Source: Ruditapes philippinarum (taxonomy: Eukaryota). From it: a stretch of 55,210 nt of DNA. Position 1 is the first letter of the stretch; each line of letters begins with the position of its first letter. The stretch covers positions 434,001-489,210 of the forward strand of contig NW_026864532.1 of assembly GCF_026571515.1 (NCBI RefSeq), given 5' to 3'. Positions 36,401 to 49,000 of this stretch are shown in pieces. Made by a program: the position numbers and the translations under genes. A model generated the notes under the pieces. The model ran no database searches, was not told where the DNA came from, and worked only from the letters and a program-made list of their open reading frames with translations.

Positions 36401-38101
36401 CTTTGCACTGCACTTCTAATCAATGTGATCTATCAACCTACAAAGTTTCTTGATGATATCTCTTATGATTTCCGAGTTATGTCCTGGACAATTCAAAAAG
36501 TAAAAATAAACAAAGGGCAATAACTCCAGAATTAGGCAAGGTAGAGTTATGATTCTTGTGCACTGCACCTCTACTCAATGAGATCTATCTACCTACAATG
36601 TTTCATGTTGATATCTCTTATAGTTTTACAGCTATGTCCTGGACAAGATTTTTCTAAAAGGGGAGATTATTCAAAAATAAGGCTTAACAGAGTTATGGTT
36701 CTTTTGCACTGCACCTCTACTCAATGAGATCTATCTACCTACAATGTTTCATGTTGATATCTCTTATAGTTTTAGAGTTATGCCCCGGACAAGATTTTTC
36801 TATAAGGGGAGATAATTCAAAAACAAGGCAAAATAGAGTTATGGTTCTTTGACACTGCACTCCCACTTGATGCCCTCTACCACTGTATGAAGTTTCAACA
36901 AATTATCTCCAAGGGTTTTCAAGTTATGTTCCGGACAAAGTTCAAGTTCAAAGTATTAAAATTAACAAAGGGCAATAACTCCAAAATTAGGATGAAAAGA
37001 GTTATTGTTCTTATGCACTGCACATCTACCCATTGAGATCTATTCACCTACAAAGTTTCATGTTGATATCTCTTATAGTTTTAGAGTTATGCCCCGGACA
37101 AGATTTTTCTATAAGGGGAGATAATTCAAAAACCGGGCAAAATAGAGTTATGGTTCTTTGACACTGCACTCCCCCTCGATGCCCTCTACCACTGTATGAA
37201 GTTTCAACAAATTATCTCCAAGGGTTTTCAAGTTATGCTCCGGACAAGACAACGGACGGACAGACGGACGGACGGACAGACGTACAAGGCGCCGACTATA
37301 TGCTCCCCCGAAATTTTTCGGGGAGCATAAAAAAACAGTGTTAAAGGGACTTTACTAAGGTTTTTGACTATAAGGGGACTGGAAATATTTCTGTAAGATT
37401 TGTGTACCAGTTGGGTGAAGGTCTGGACGCAAAATCTCAGATCATTATCATTCTCTCAATCCCTCTTTCCTGAATAATCATTTTTATTGTACAAAATATA
37501 CCCAAAAATGGAAAGCATTTAAAACACTTTCCATTCAAATTAAGGTAAGAATCACATCAAAAAAGAAACATTGATTTTCAATTGAATCCAGATCATATTT
37601 ATATATTTTACTGATTTTTCCATTTAAGGTGCGTCACTTTATCTAAATCATAATTACAAGTTTTTTGTTTTTAAATTTTTTGGACCTCAGTTGAGCTCTT
37701 TTAAGTCTAATTCTGACCTAATAGACATTATGTCTTGACAAATTAAATAACAATTCATAAAGTTTTATTAGCTATATGAAGGAACACTACTTATACTAAT
37801 ACTCAATATAACATTCATACATTTTGTGTTTCAGTTTAAGCTACCAATGCCCAAGGGAGGTAAACATGCAGCCAATCCAAAACTTGTGGAGGACATGCCA
37901 TCGGCACAAAACAGAATATCAAATAAAGCTCGTGCAAAAATGAGCGTGTTTGACCCAGATTATGTGGCTAACAGCTCACCATTTTCACTAAATGATGTCA
38001 CAAGTAGAGCTGCACAGCTTGGAATAAGGTCACATAAAGGAGAAACTCATTACTGGGAACGGAGAAACCCAAATGCTGTAAAAAAGAACAGAAGAAAATG
38101 A
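26695..38101 (+). CDS. NOB1: RNA-binding protein NOB1 (18S rRNA site-D PIN endonuclease); 8 coding exons, 469 aa
   Basis: join(26695..26757,30244..30376,32250..32383,33449..33520,34108..34608,35180..35277,36051..36192,37835..38101) = 1410 nt; all introns GT-AG with consistent phases. Motifs HVVLDSGAFL, EFSKKTGDYRSLSAVDIKV, DDGWITPSN, CLTTDFAMQNVLIQMGL and Zn ribbon CFAC...CPHC. AATAAA at 38142 and 38155. Confidence 0.96.
26904..27675. mobile_element. Mutator (MULE)-like MITE in NOB1 intron 1
   Basis: 9-bp TSD TGCAAGACC (26895-26903; 27676-27684); imperfect TIR GGGTCA(G/A)CTCGGCCCT with reiterated CTCGGC motifs; contains a perfect 64-bp tandem duplication (27008-27135) and a (TA)n tract. Confidence 0.8.
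27374..27443. repeat. (TA)n microsatellite
   Basis: About 34-35 uninterrupted AT dinucleotides. Confidence 0.95.
27875..29005. mobile_element. hAT-like non-autonomous element in NOB1 intron 1
   Basis: Perfect 14-bp TIR CAGAGCTCCAGATA; perfect 8-bp TSD GTTGTGGG (27867-27874; 29006-29013). Confidence 0.9.
28163..28323. mobile_element. Small hAT-like MITE nested inside 27875-29005
   Basis: 11-bp TIR CAGGGCTTCCA; internal GGAAGTCA repeats; imperfect 8-bp flanks AAAATTAT / AAATTAAT. Confidence 0.7.
29031..29631. mobile_element. TIR MITE, probably Tc1/mariner-pogo type
   Basis: ~26-bp imperfect inverted repeats TATCC...GTAACC(T/C)AAATTCGGCG; the motif recurs internally at ~29244 and ~29592. Confidence 0.65.
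30244..30376 (+). CDS. NOB1: NOB1 exon 2
   Basis: NISNNVYTISEVVSEIKDKATKQRLQVLPYELIFKEPSSDAIRI; tttcag| and |gtaat. Confidence 0.92.
30433..31556 (-). mobile_element. Helentron-type element with a 6 x ~156-bp array, in NOB1 intron 2
   Basis: Subterminal IR TGTGTCGCCTTG (30437-30448) / CAAGGCGACACA (31523-31534); terminal hairpin; (GTCGGC)n-like microsatellite; TGCAGTG(C/T)A unit marker at ~30631, 30788, 30943, 31099, 31255, 31410. Confidence 0.85.
32250..32383 (+). CDS. NOB1: NOB1 exon 3
   Basis: (V)TEFSKKTGDYRSLSAVDIKVMALAYQLEKQFVGTQHIKTEPDKK. Confidence 0.92.
33449..33520 (+). CDS. NOB1: NOB1 exon 4
   Basis: IEWNASTRPLEKATDIAGFYVKPK; ttctag| and |gtaagt. Confidence 0.85.
34108..34608 (+). 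CDS. NOB1: NOB1 exon 5 (acidic insertion, WITPSN, TTDFAMQ)
   Basis: In frame with track ORF 34129..34629; ccttag| and |gtactg. Confidence 0.92.
34630..34964. mobile_element. Kolobok/Crypton-like non-autonomous element
   Basis: TTAA|AGGCGCATT ... AATGGGCCT|TTAA. Confidence 0.5.
35180..35277 (+). CDS. NOB1: NOB1 exon 6
   Basis: NVLIQMGLNVISVDGMLIKRAKSFVLRCFACF(K). Confidence 0.92.
35402..35652 (+). mobile_element. tRNA-derived SINE (family A)
   Basis: GGCGTCCGTGGCCAAGTGGTAA (A-box), GGTTCGAATTC (B-box), and the shared family body. Confidence 0.85.
36051..36192 (+). CDS. NOB1: NOB1 exon 7
   Basis: ITTHVEKTFCPHCGNKTLTKVSMTVNDDGSIKYFLSRRRPMNTRGTK. Confidence 0.92.
36256..37330 (+). mobile_element. 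Helentron-type element with a 6 x ~150-bp array, in NOB1 intron 7
   Basis: AACAAGAG start; CCCGG..CCGGG palindrome; subterminal ATGCTCCCCCGA repeated in the terminal hairpin ATGCTCCCCCGAAA-TTTTTCGGGGAGCAT; (GGAC/AGAC)n microsatellite at 37252-37282; CACTGCAC-marked units. Confidence 0.88.
37835..38101 (+). CDS. NOB1: NOB1 exon 8 (terminal)
   Basis: FKLPMPKGGKHAANPKLVED...SPFSLNDVTSRAAQLG...RRNPNAVKKNRRK*. Confidence 0.92.
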   Translation, partial: FKLPMPKGGKHAANPKLVEDMPSAQNRISNKARAKMSVFDPDYVANSSPFSLNDVTSRAAQLGIRSHKGETHYWERRNPNAVKKNRRK

Positions 38102-39785
38102 TTTTTTGTTTTTGATAACGTTAAGAGTCTCTTAAATTGAAAATAAATCAATGAAATAAATGTAATATACATCTGTGTTTTGTTAACTTTATATACATGT
38201 ATAAGAATTACCATGTTTACTACATAATCTTAAGTTCTTAGTATAGCACCCTTTGCAAAATAGACATAGGGCAAATTAAAATTTTAATGATGCATTATTT
38301 TTTCAGGGAATGCAAGGTAATAATTAATGTAACAGATTGTGCATTATTTTAATGCTAATTCAATACATTACTGCCAAAATGCAGTTAATATATAATTTGG
38401 CATACTTTGGATTTGTTCTCTACATTACATATCTACTTTATCACAACATACATTATTTGTATGTGTTACCTACGCTAGTTTGATATGTGTTTACTGTTAA
38501 TTACAAGGCACATATTACAGATCAGTCTTTTGTACTAAACATTGTGGGGTTGTTTTGTCTTCAATATCTATTATGTTAACACCTTGCATATTTCATATTC
38601 CTTGCATTTGAGCCAGTTATGGTCATAATGTTAGAGGTTGAATCCATAGAAGACATTTAAAAAGAATCTACCCCTGGCTGAGGTTTGAAGTTAATTAGGA
38701 TCTTTGAGGCAAGTTTGTCAATATTAAGTACATGTATGCACCTGTTTGAACGTCGTCGGAAATGAAGAAACAATGCTTATTTAAATAATGTTAAAATAAT
38801 ATTACATGTACCAACTTTTTTCCTCTAGCACTTACAAAGTATGTCAAATTTTCTAGTGGGCCTTTACAACTCGTATAAATCATGGCCCTGGTGTTAGAAA
38901 TAAGAAAAGCTGCAGAAATGCATGTAATGTTCAACAGACTCATTACAGACATTTTAAAATTTAAATTTAGTATTGCCTTGAGTGCCTCTTCAAATATACA
39001 AATGTTTGCTCCGTCAAAAAAGAAACGTCCTGGACCATTAACTATATAATAATATGGGCCTCGTATTATTTTCATTTCACTGTACATGTGATCTCTCATT
39101 CAAATCAACATAAAGATAACAAAACATTTTTTTTTTCAATTTATTTTTAATATTTTTTTCACATTTTAAAAAAGTTTTATTGATTTTTTTTCCACATGAA
39201 CATGTATTTTATACATAAATACTGCCAATTTATTCCATTTTTTTTCTTACCATAACTAACAAGCTTGCACTTATTTCACAATTCATTAAAACAATATTGG
39301 TAGTAAAACATTACAAATATATCAAGACCACCAATTTTTGACACAAATTGCAACATTTAGACAACCCTGTGTTAAAAGACCACATCATATAAGTAATTAT
39401 GTTCCTTATAAAAGAGGAAAGGCAGAGGTAACGACATTAAGCCTATGCTATATAGAGCATGTATTATCTACAGTCAGACCAAGAATAATACAGTTCTGTG
39501 CTTGATTTTAACATCTGAATATTCAGTTGAATTTGACTGCCAAGACTTGTTCGACTTTCAGTTATATCTATTAATGATACACTTACTTCAAGCTACCAAC
39601 CTTCAGATAAGCGAACAAAGTTTTAAAATAATTCAAAATTTAGAACATTGTATTTACTTTTAGAAATATATAAATATTCATAATACATCTTACCATAGTA
39701 AAGACTATATTTCACTCAGATTTTACGTTAATTTCCATGTTTACTTCACTCGACTATAAAAATAAAACACAATATTTTCATAAAC

Positions 39786-40048
39786 AACAAGCTGTTGCTC
39801 GACTTTTCTAAGGCCTTGATAGTAAAACGAGAGCTAGGATGTAGATATTTACAAGTTGGAAAAGGGCAATAATGTTGTTTAGAATCCAGTAAGCGTTACG
39901 GGCCTTGGGCAGTGACCTATATTGCTCTCAATTAAGTGTGAAGTTTCAACTTATTGCCTTCAGTAGTTTTGGAGATACCAACTTGCACACAAAAACTTAA
40001 CCAAGTGTGATGCCGATGGCTGGGTGAGTACAACAGCTCTATATATTC
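39786..40048 (+). mobile_element. Short single-unit Helentron-type element; related copy at 53539-53800
   Basis: GCTCGACTTTTC ... GAAAAGTAGAGT subterminal IR; shares GGGCCTTGG..AGTGACCT..GTGTGAAGTTTCAAC..CACACAAAA.CTTAACCAA with the 53539 copy. Confidence 0.6.
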
Positions 40049-43000
40049 TTTGAAAAGTAGAGTTAAAAACAAAGATGACATAAATTTGGGAGAGGTCTGT
40101 TTTATGTATCTACTTGTCTTATAATCCTGAGCTTAAAATATGTAAGAATGTGGTCTATAAAACAGGACAAAGGAATCCTATAAGTGTGAGCATTATCCTG
40201 TTGTGTTGTGATATGTTACATGGTCTTTTAACACAGTTTTGAAACTATTTCATAAATATATGATTATCATCAACAATAAAAAGGGTGAAAACTTTTTTTT
40301 TTTTTAAAAGTCAGGATTTTGCAGAGATTATTAAATGCTGGTATTTGAATATGAGAAAATGCTTTTTTAAGTGTTTTGTTTTTTATTGTTTTTTGCATTG
40401 AAAAGTCTAAAAATCTTTTTTGCCAAAAATCAATATATCTTTTTTGTTTGGTTAAACAAGAGTTTTTGCCATATTATTTTAATATAAAAAATGTTCGTTT
40501 TCACCGAAAAAAATCTAAGTAGCACTCTGCAACATTCTGTACATATTATACAAAACAAAATATTTATATATTTTCAAATGCATACAAAAATAACAATAAT
40601 AAAAACATTTTTTTAACATACATGTTTTAAAAAGAACAAGTTTACTTTAATTACAAAATACACTGGTAATATTGTTCTTCAAAAAACCCTAAAAATATGT
40701 CCATAGGACACAGATGCCCCCACATTCCCCTGTTTTGTCAGTCTACGGACATACAGCAGAACAGTATGACAGACAGACAAAGGAAATCTACATGACTCCC
40801 CCTACCTCTAAATGGTTGGGGCATAAAAATGACATCCATTTTTTTCCAATTTTGACATCTTGATTTTTTCCAATTATTGAGCTGAAATCTAAATTTTATA
40901 TCCTAAAGTATACTTTAATGCTTCTGAGGGATCACATTTTGTCAAGGTTTTAAAGAAAATAAAACAAGCAAAACACAAGATGCACAACTACCCATGCTGA
41001 CCAACATTTCTGTAAAGTTTCATGACTCTAGATCTAATACTTTTTTAGTTACGCATGATACAAGTTGAAAATTGCAAATTTTTCACTAAATCAAGAAAAA
41101 TATTGGAATAAATCCACATGAGAAACCCCAATGTGCACAAATACACATGCTGATCAACATTCCTGTATAGTCTGTTTACTCTAGCTCATCTCATGACAAC
41201 ATTTTGGAAGGCATGGACAGACAAGGGCAAATCTAAATGCCCCTACCTAGGGTGGGGACGGTGACATAAAAAAAACCTCACATCATTTTTATATCAGATA
41301 GAGTCTGTAGAGGAAAGACCAAAGTCATGAAATGCAATCTATATGAAGAAATAGACTCAATAAGAAGTACACTAGTCTGTTAGATGTTGAGTTTTAAAGA
41401 CATATTTCAATGTGTTCCTGTTGTGATGTAGGGTTGGTAATAAACACATGGCATGTATGATGTCCATAGATAAATGATCCTATATCAAATCACTTCAGGA
41501 AGGTAATATGAAACATTTCAATGATGGATTGTTTTTTATTTTTATCTAAATTTAAAAAAAAAAATTTCATGATGGTGAAAATGTCCAAAGGAGAACTGTT
41601 AAGAGTAATGGTAAACTGTCAAAATGAGTGGGCAGAAAATTGTACAGGATTCTTTAATTCATGTTTTATGTAAAATTTGGAAAATCCATACCTTATGATG
41701 ACTAGCGTAAATCTATTTTACGCTGGTATTTCAAAGCAATATCGTCAAAATTAATACAAATAAAAGGTCAAGGTTAAAATACTGTTACATCAAACCATCT
41801 TATCAATTTCATGCAATATAAATTCAAAGAACGATAAATCATGACAAATTCATCATCATGTGACAACCAGATCTAACTGCATATAAAGTACAACCCCTGT
41901 ATATATATGTATCACATTATGAGAAAAATAGAACTGAACATTTACCTAATAATAAACTTGTGTCAATTTGCACACAAAAAAAAAGAGAATGAACAAATAC
42001 AATAGAATGCAACAGCATGATTGGGGATAAAAGTTTGATAATATTGTAAAATAAAATGATGAGTAATAAGCATGTTGACCAAATTTGAATATCTGAACGT
42101 TTCATTACCTTTCATTACCATTTAGTCATTTATTATTAAAATTATTAACAACATGTTCATGGCGGTAAGATTGTGAAACAAGTTCTTGCAACTTATATTG
42201 ATAGCCCTAAAGTCTGTCCATACTGCTGTGGTTTGAGGAAACATGGTTGTGATCCTAAAGAAAATGCTGACACCACTAAACCATCACTCTTTCTGAATTA
42301 ATTAAACTGTTTGTTTGATTTAAAAAAAAATTTAAAAAAAATAACACATACACAATGAAGGACATGTGGTGACTTTACAGCTATACTGGTGGAGGTTGAC
42401 ATCAGGTGCCCCTTAGAGAATTAATTACCCTTGTTGGTATGGTGAATATGAAATTGAAAACAGAAATTAATATTGAATGAGGATATGTGCAAATTTCACT
42501 CCCACAAATGTTAATGACGATTGCTTTTAAGGCCGTTTTTTTCTGATGCAACTGTTTTCAAAAATTTATGAAAAGTAAATTCATTGTGTTACCTTATCCA
42601 ACATGTGCTCTTTTTCCTGTCTCAGAAACTTTCAGACGTTCACATTTAAGTAACATAGGTTACAAAAAATACAAATTGTTACTTCTGAATTAATATATGC
42701 CAAGTTAATGTCAAAAAACTTGAATTTCCTTATTTTCTTTAATAGGTTATTAGTAAAGAAAATCATTAATGAACAGATAAGAGCATAATCACCCTGAAGG
42801 TATGGGACATTTTGTACACTTACATGTACAATAAATAAAATTACCCTGAAACATAATGGTAAGCCAGTAGGTTTAAAATTAAGCAATTGTTTTATTGTAT
42901 TATGGTATGCAGCAAACAAATGTTAAAATCATTAACTGTAAAAAGAAGAACATGTCACGGTCATAAAGTTGTGGGACTATGTGTGCAATGATGATGTAAC

Positions 43001-44736
43001 TTGCCTCCTGAAAAATTACCTTAGATATAACACAGGACTGTATTCAACATGTAGAATAAGCCTTACATTAAAGTGACACTATACCCATCCAAGTGTAAAT
43101 GTTGAGAGGTTAAAGGTAAAAGTCAAAATAAGTTTACATTTTGCCATGACTGTTTCAAATTTCTTATACTTTTTACCAATATTCAGTAACCCACATGGCA
43201 CACAGAAATTTATATAAATATCATTCAAAAATGTACTGGTAACATTATAGTGAGGCAGTCTTTTCATATTTTAGGTAGTTTTTATATTTCATTCTAAACA
43301 TTACTTATTATCAATCACTGGTCGATCACCATCAAAATAGTAAATCTTTTGAAAATAAATATCTAATTCAACTTGACAACAACAAAATGAGTATAATGTC
43401 ACTTTAAGAAGAATTTTAATTTATGTGATCATTACATGTCAACACTTTTTCTACTGTAATCATTTGATGGCTCCTATAGTTTACCAGAGATGAAAGTTTT
43501 GTTTTGTTTTTTGATATACAAGCTATAAAAATGATCATCAATTCTGATAGACAAAGAAAAATTTTGATTCACATATTAAATACATGACCTATTTATAAAA
43601 ACAATCAATCAAATACAAAAGAAACTGTAGAAAAAAATTCATTTTCATTGTATGTAAGCAGAGGTAGATAACAAGCTACAACAATGTGATTAGACTTATA
43701 ATGTATAAAGCTATATATCCCTGCTGCAGCAGCAGTTTACAAAAATTTTGTGTTGGATTTTTGATACTGAATAATTAATAATAGCCTGAAAATGTTGGTA
43801 TATTTCCTTTTGAACAAATGGTGTATGCACAAACTCAATGCTAAACGCTTCAAAACCTACTATAAAACCTACTTAAAATAACAGCACTTTAATTCTGTTT
43901 ACCCACAGTTTTCACGTGTGTTAAATAACAGATAAATCTTTCTAGATAAAACCAAAAAGTAATAAAAAAAAAGTTTTCTTTTTTCAATTCTATACAAAAT
44001 ATTTCATTCAGTATGGCTTTATATCACTTAAAAAAGAAAAGTTCCAAATAAAAATTTCCAGCATGTGCCCTCTTCCCAGCTTCATAATGAATATTTTAGT
44101 TACCGCTATTTTTACAGACCCACACAAATGTTAATCATGTAAAAGTACAAAGAACTTACATCAGTTAAGTAACCTTATTAAAGTGTTCTTGCTGACAAGT
44201 TTATGGTAGTTTGTTTGTGTAAAAATTATACCTCAGAGAGACACAAGAAATGAAATATTAGTTTCTGAAACAAAGATGTGAGCTTATATCAATTCAAATA
44301 ACAATCTCGTCAAATTTTCAACTTTTGCATTAATACAATATATCCTTGAGTTTCTATACAACAGCATTTCACACTCGCCTTTTTCCTCAATACAACCATA
44401 TCAACTACCATCATTTGATTTAGCATTTACAAAAAGAAAACGACAGAAAAAAAGCAAGCACACAAAATTTCTCATTTACATTCTGAAAACTGATTACAAC
44501 AAATTCTCATATTTTTCACAAACTTCACACTTTTTCACATTTTTTCTTTTTTTAATTCACACTCAACTCAATTATAATTTTCACATTTTTTTTTTTTTTG
44601 TGTGTCACATTATGAGATCTACAATAGCACTCCTGTTTCACAGTTTAACAATTACAGTATAACAATAACCAGGTTATTATGCAAAATAACTTTATGACAC
44701 AACATAGTCATAGAACATAGTAAGTAATATATAATT

Positions 44737-44969
44737 GAGCCGCGTCACAACAAAACCAACAGTGTGTTTGCGACCAGCATGGATCCAGACCAGCCTGCCC
44801 ATCCGCGCAGTCTGATCAGGATCCATGCTGTTCGCTTACCAACTCTATTACAAGTAGAGAAACTGATAGCAAACAGCATGGATCCTGATCAGACTGCGCG
44901 GATGCGCAGGCTGGTCTGCATCCATGCTGGTCGCAAACCCATTATGTTGGTTTTGTCATGACGCGGCTC
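44737..44969. mobile_element. Palindromic MITE with ~98-bp TIRs (Sola-like GAG..CTC termini)
   Basis: GAGCCGCGTCA...CATGCTGTTCGC versus GCAAACAGCATG...TGACGCGGCTC, near-perfect; flanks AATT / ATAT. Confidence 0.85.
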
Positions 44970-46027
44970 ATATAATATGTAAACAAAAATATTGCAGTCC
45001 AGTTGCCCTACATGATCAAATATCGTAAATAAAAAAGCACAGTATATAAGAATGCTCACAAAGCTGAAATTTGCGCACACAGAAAAAAAAAGCTTCATCA
45101 TTCCTAACATATCAATTCCAAATATATATAAATATATGCTGTATACCGTTCTTATTTAACAAAATTTTCAATATACATCTGCTTAAAATTCATCCTGCTT
45201 TTGAACAAAAAATTTAAAAAAAAAGAAATTTTGTTTGTTTATTGTTGCAAAAAAAGCAATTAGTCCTCTCTCCTTCACAACTCTATCTCACCTTGTAATA
45301 ATAATAAAAAAAAGAAGAAATTTTGATAAAACTGATTTCAATAAATCATAAAAATACAGAGGTAGCACGGGAAGAGACATTTAAAATGAATCTTAAAAAC
45401 AGTTTAAACTTACAGCCTTAATTAAATGTTCATACATAATATGATAGAGTTCCATGATGACACATATATATTTATCGTAAAACTGAAAAAAAAATCGTAT
45501 GTGTTATAACTGGTAACAAAATGTGTATTATACTTATTAGTTGCCTTACAAAAATTACCCTTTCATAGTTTTTATTCCAATCAAATACTTACAACAAAAA
45601 GTAGCTTCAAGAGTAAAACTGAACACAAATTAATACTAACACAAAATATATTTTACAAAAAAAAAAAAACCCAACAAAGTTCATATACAAGTTGCAGAGT
45701 TCTCTGTGAAGCATTGTCTTTTTAGAAAGAAATAAGACAACTAAAAGCATCAATTCAACTGTCTTTAAATATTATAAAATTAAGAGATATAAAAAATACC
45801 TGTTTTCTATTTTGCTTATGCCAATGTTATTAGCACAAATAACATTACTAGTACATAACAAATGTGAAAGATGTTAAAATTTATGATGATTTCTAATCAA
45901 AATTCATTTAGGAACTTGTGATAACATTCATAATAAAATAAAAATACAATAATGTGAAGGGTCTTCTTCTGTAAATATGCAAGAACTTTTTTTACTATTC
46001 CTGTTATCTCTGTATGTTGGCTTCCTG

Positions 46028-46071
46028 TCAGTCTGAATCATTCTTTGGTTTAAAAGAATATATTGGTGGTC
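46028..46071 (-). CDS. ZCCHC14: ZCCHC14-like terminal coding exon
   Basis: ttttacag| then (G)PPIYSFKPKNDSD*; phase 1 matches the donor at 46430. Confidence 0.75.
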
Positions 46072-49000
46072 CTGTAAAAAAAGAAAAATTGATTTAGTAA
46101 ATGAAGTAACAAAATAATTCGAGTTACCTGTATACTTTGAGTTACCAGTATAATTTGAGTTACCAGTATTTGAGTTACTGGTATAATTTGAGTTACCAGT
46201 CTAATTTGAGTTACCGGTTTATATCAAGTATCAGACGTAACTTGTTGATGGCAAAAATGCAACTTGGTAAAGAATTCAAGATATCATTTGAACTACTAAG
46301 ACATTAATAAATTCAATTGTGTGTAAGTACAATTGTATATGACTTATAATAAATTACTATTTAGTTTGTTTTTTTTAACCTAAAAACCCGAATAAAAACA
46401 AAAATTGAAGAAATGTTCAAACACTATACCTGACATGGCTTCCATGGAAACCTCCACACAATCACCTGCTGTATGTTTGACTGACCCACAATTGTGACAG
46501 TTTATTTTCTTTGGCTTCTTTTGATTATATCCAGCAGCAGACGTCTGGTGATTGTTATAATGATTATATATCACATTAGAACTACCTGGCACCACCGGAT
46601 TGTTTGAATGAGACATTCCATATACATTATTGTACAACATATCTTGGGTGAGTCCATTTGGATATGGCATATGATGATGATACAGATGATGAGGCATTTG
46701 CATATGCATTGGTACAAAGCCATTTGGGTATGGTGTTGGCCACATGTTTGCGTGCATTTGAGGCAAGAATACACTAGGAACAGCTCCCTCACGGTGTCCG
46801 GGACAACCACAGTTAGAACAAGTTGCCGGTTTATTTCCTGTGGTTCCCGACTGACCACTACTAGTATGTGTGACTGTAGAATTACTAGCACTTGAACTCA
46901 CGACTGCTGAAGAAGCCTGACATCTATGTGCACTGGTATCTGAAGTCTGAGGCAGGTTATCAACATCATTCATTATAATGTTCGGTGATTTACCTGGTGC
47001 TACACCCACTGGAGATCCGTGGAATCCCTTCCCTTTACTTCCTGCCACTACCTGGGCATTCCCATTCATGACTGTCTGAGGTTGGGCAGGAACTATAGGC
47101 TGGTTTACAGCTGTAGGATGAAAGATATGCCGAGAACCAGTCACACTCACTGGGTTAAAATGAGATCTTGCAATCAGAGACTGTCCCTGGGGAAAATATA
47201 TCATTGGTCTGTGACCTATATCTGTGGGAGATGAATTCATGTTAATCTCCTTAAAGTAGGGCGGGGCTGCCATCATCTGCACAAATGGTTGAGCACTGCC
47301 TTTAAAGTTATTATCAGGCATATTAATAACAACATTGGAATGCGGCTGCATATTATTGGTATGTGCTGGTTGAGCTTTATGTGCACGCATCAGAGGTCGC
47401 GTAGATGTAGGATCAGACGTGTAGCCGCTGCTTCCGTTACTTCCGGCATTATTGACATTAACATCACACTTGTCGGACGGCAGAGGAGGGGTACCTCTAT
47501 TTGAATAAATGTCTTGTTTTAGATCTACAGTTCTCTCAGGACGGGCTAATCTAGCAGAATTTGGGGCCGAGTGCCCTTTACCTCTCACACTTCCCCTGTA
47601 CTGACCAGGTTTCTTCTCTGAAAAAGGCAAGTTTGAACTAAACTTTCAAGTATGCAAAACTGAAATAAAGCATTTATCATTGACAAATGGTAGTGAAAAA
47701 GTAAGTTTATATCAATGGGCACTTTTGTTAATACATTAACATCTGTATGCTATGTTAGGGCAGTATGCAAATCATATGATCAATTAACTTTACTAGAAAT
47801 ATTAGAATCATATCATTTAAACACAGGGTGTGAAATGGTGTTTTTTTTTTTAATTTCTTACCCCTTTCTCCATCTTCAGATGAACTGTCTGTATGTTGAT
47901 TCTGTTGCTGGGACTTATATAACATTGGTACCTGTGGCAGATGGGGGCTAGGTGATGGGCTTGAATACTCTGAATTGGTTGGGGACATGTCCTGTGTGAC
48001 GGGTACCATTGCGGTACCATCCTGGAATGTTGGGTAGTTGAATACTGGTGGGTAAGCACCGGGAGGATGATACTGTAATGGAGGCATGGGTGCTAGGCCA
48101 GGTACTGCTGGGTGGGGTATGAAAGCCGGTGTTTGCCATATCACCCCTGTTTGTGGTGCTGGCTCAATCAGTCCATTCAAATAGGGTGGCTGTTTCTCTC
48201 TGAAAGCATTAACATTGCTGACATGACTTTGTGTATACCTTCAATACATATTCCTTTAAGTCATTCATCACAAATTCCATAACTCATATAGACTTATCAA
48301 TCAGAAAAAAAACAACCCAGCTAGGCATAAATTATCCATATAAACAAAAGTAAACTTTAAATGAAACCGAATGTCCCAAATGTGGTCATAAACTCATAAA
48401 CAACATATAAAACTTTTTTTTCTAATCCACTTTATAATTTCACAAAGTGAAATACTATTGAATAAATTATCAACTTTTAAGAATACACTTGGTTTAGCAT
48501 TACCTGAGTTTCTCCAGCACTACTGCTCTTATTGCACTAATATCATGTTTTGGCACATCCATCCTTGCTATATCTTCAATCCTCATTGACTGGACCTGCA
48601 ATTATTTAAATATTTTACTCAAATAAAGAAACAGATTACCATGTCAGTGACTAATAAGATAAATTTCTGTGCCAGCACCTGTCTATAAGAACAAAAAAGA
48701 CTTATTTGCAGATAACTTAATTTCATATAAATCAGGAATGAGCAAATCTTAACAGAAAGAAGACAAGAAAGTGCTCCAATTAGGCTTCAAACTTCCATCA
48801 TATTCAAGCTAAACTATGACTAAACTAAAATTTACCTTTAATTCATCACTTAAACAATCTATTGCATTTTTTGTAAAAAACATACACTATACATTAAATG
48901 TTCATGATCAATGAAAGATTTACCTGTTCCAATGTGTAGCCAAGGAACTTCTCAGCATGGTTTGCTAGGTTATTAAACTTCAGTAAATTTGTAACACTGC

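Noticed and set aside
46380-47630. Stand-alone 416-aa gene
   Set aside because: Bounded by splice sites; it is one exon of the ZCCHC14-like gene.
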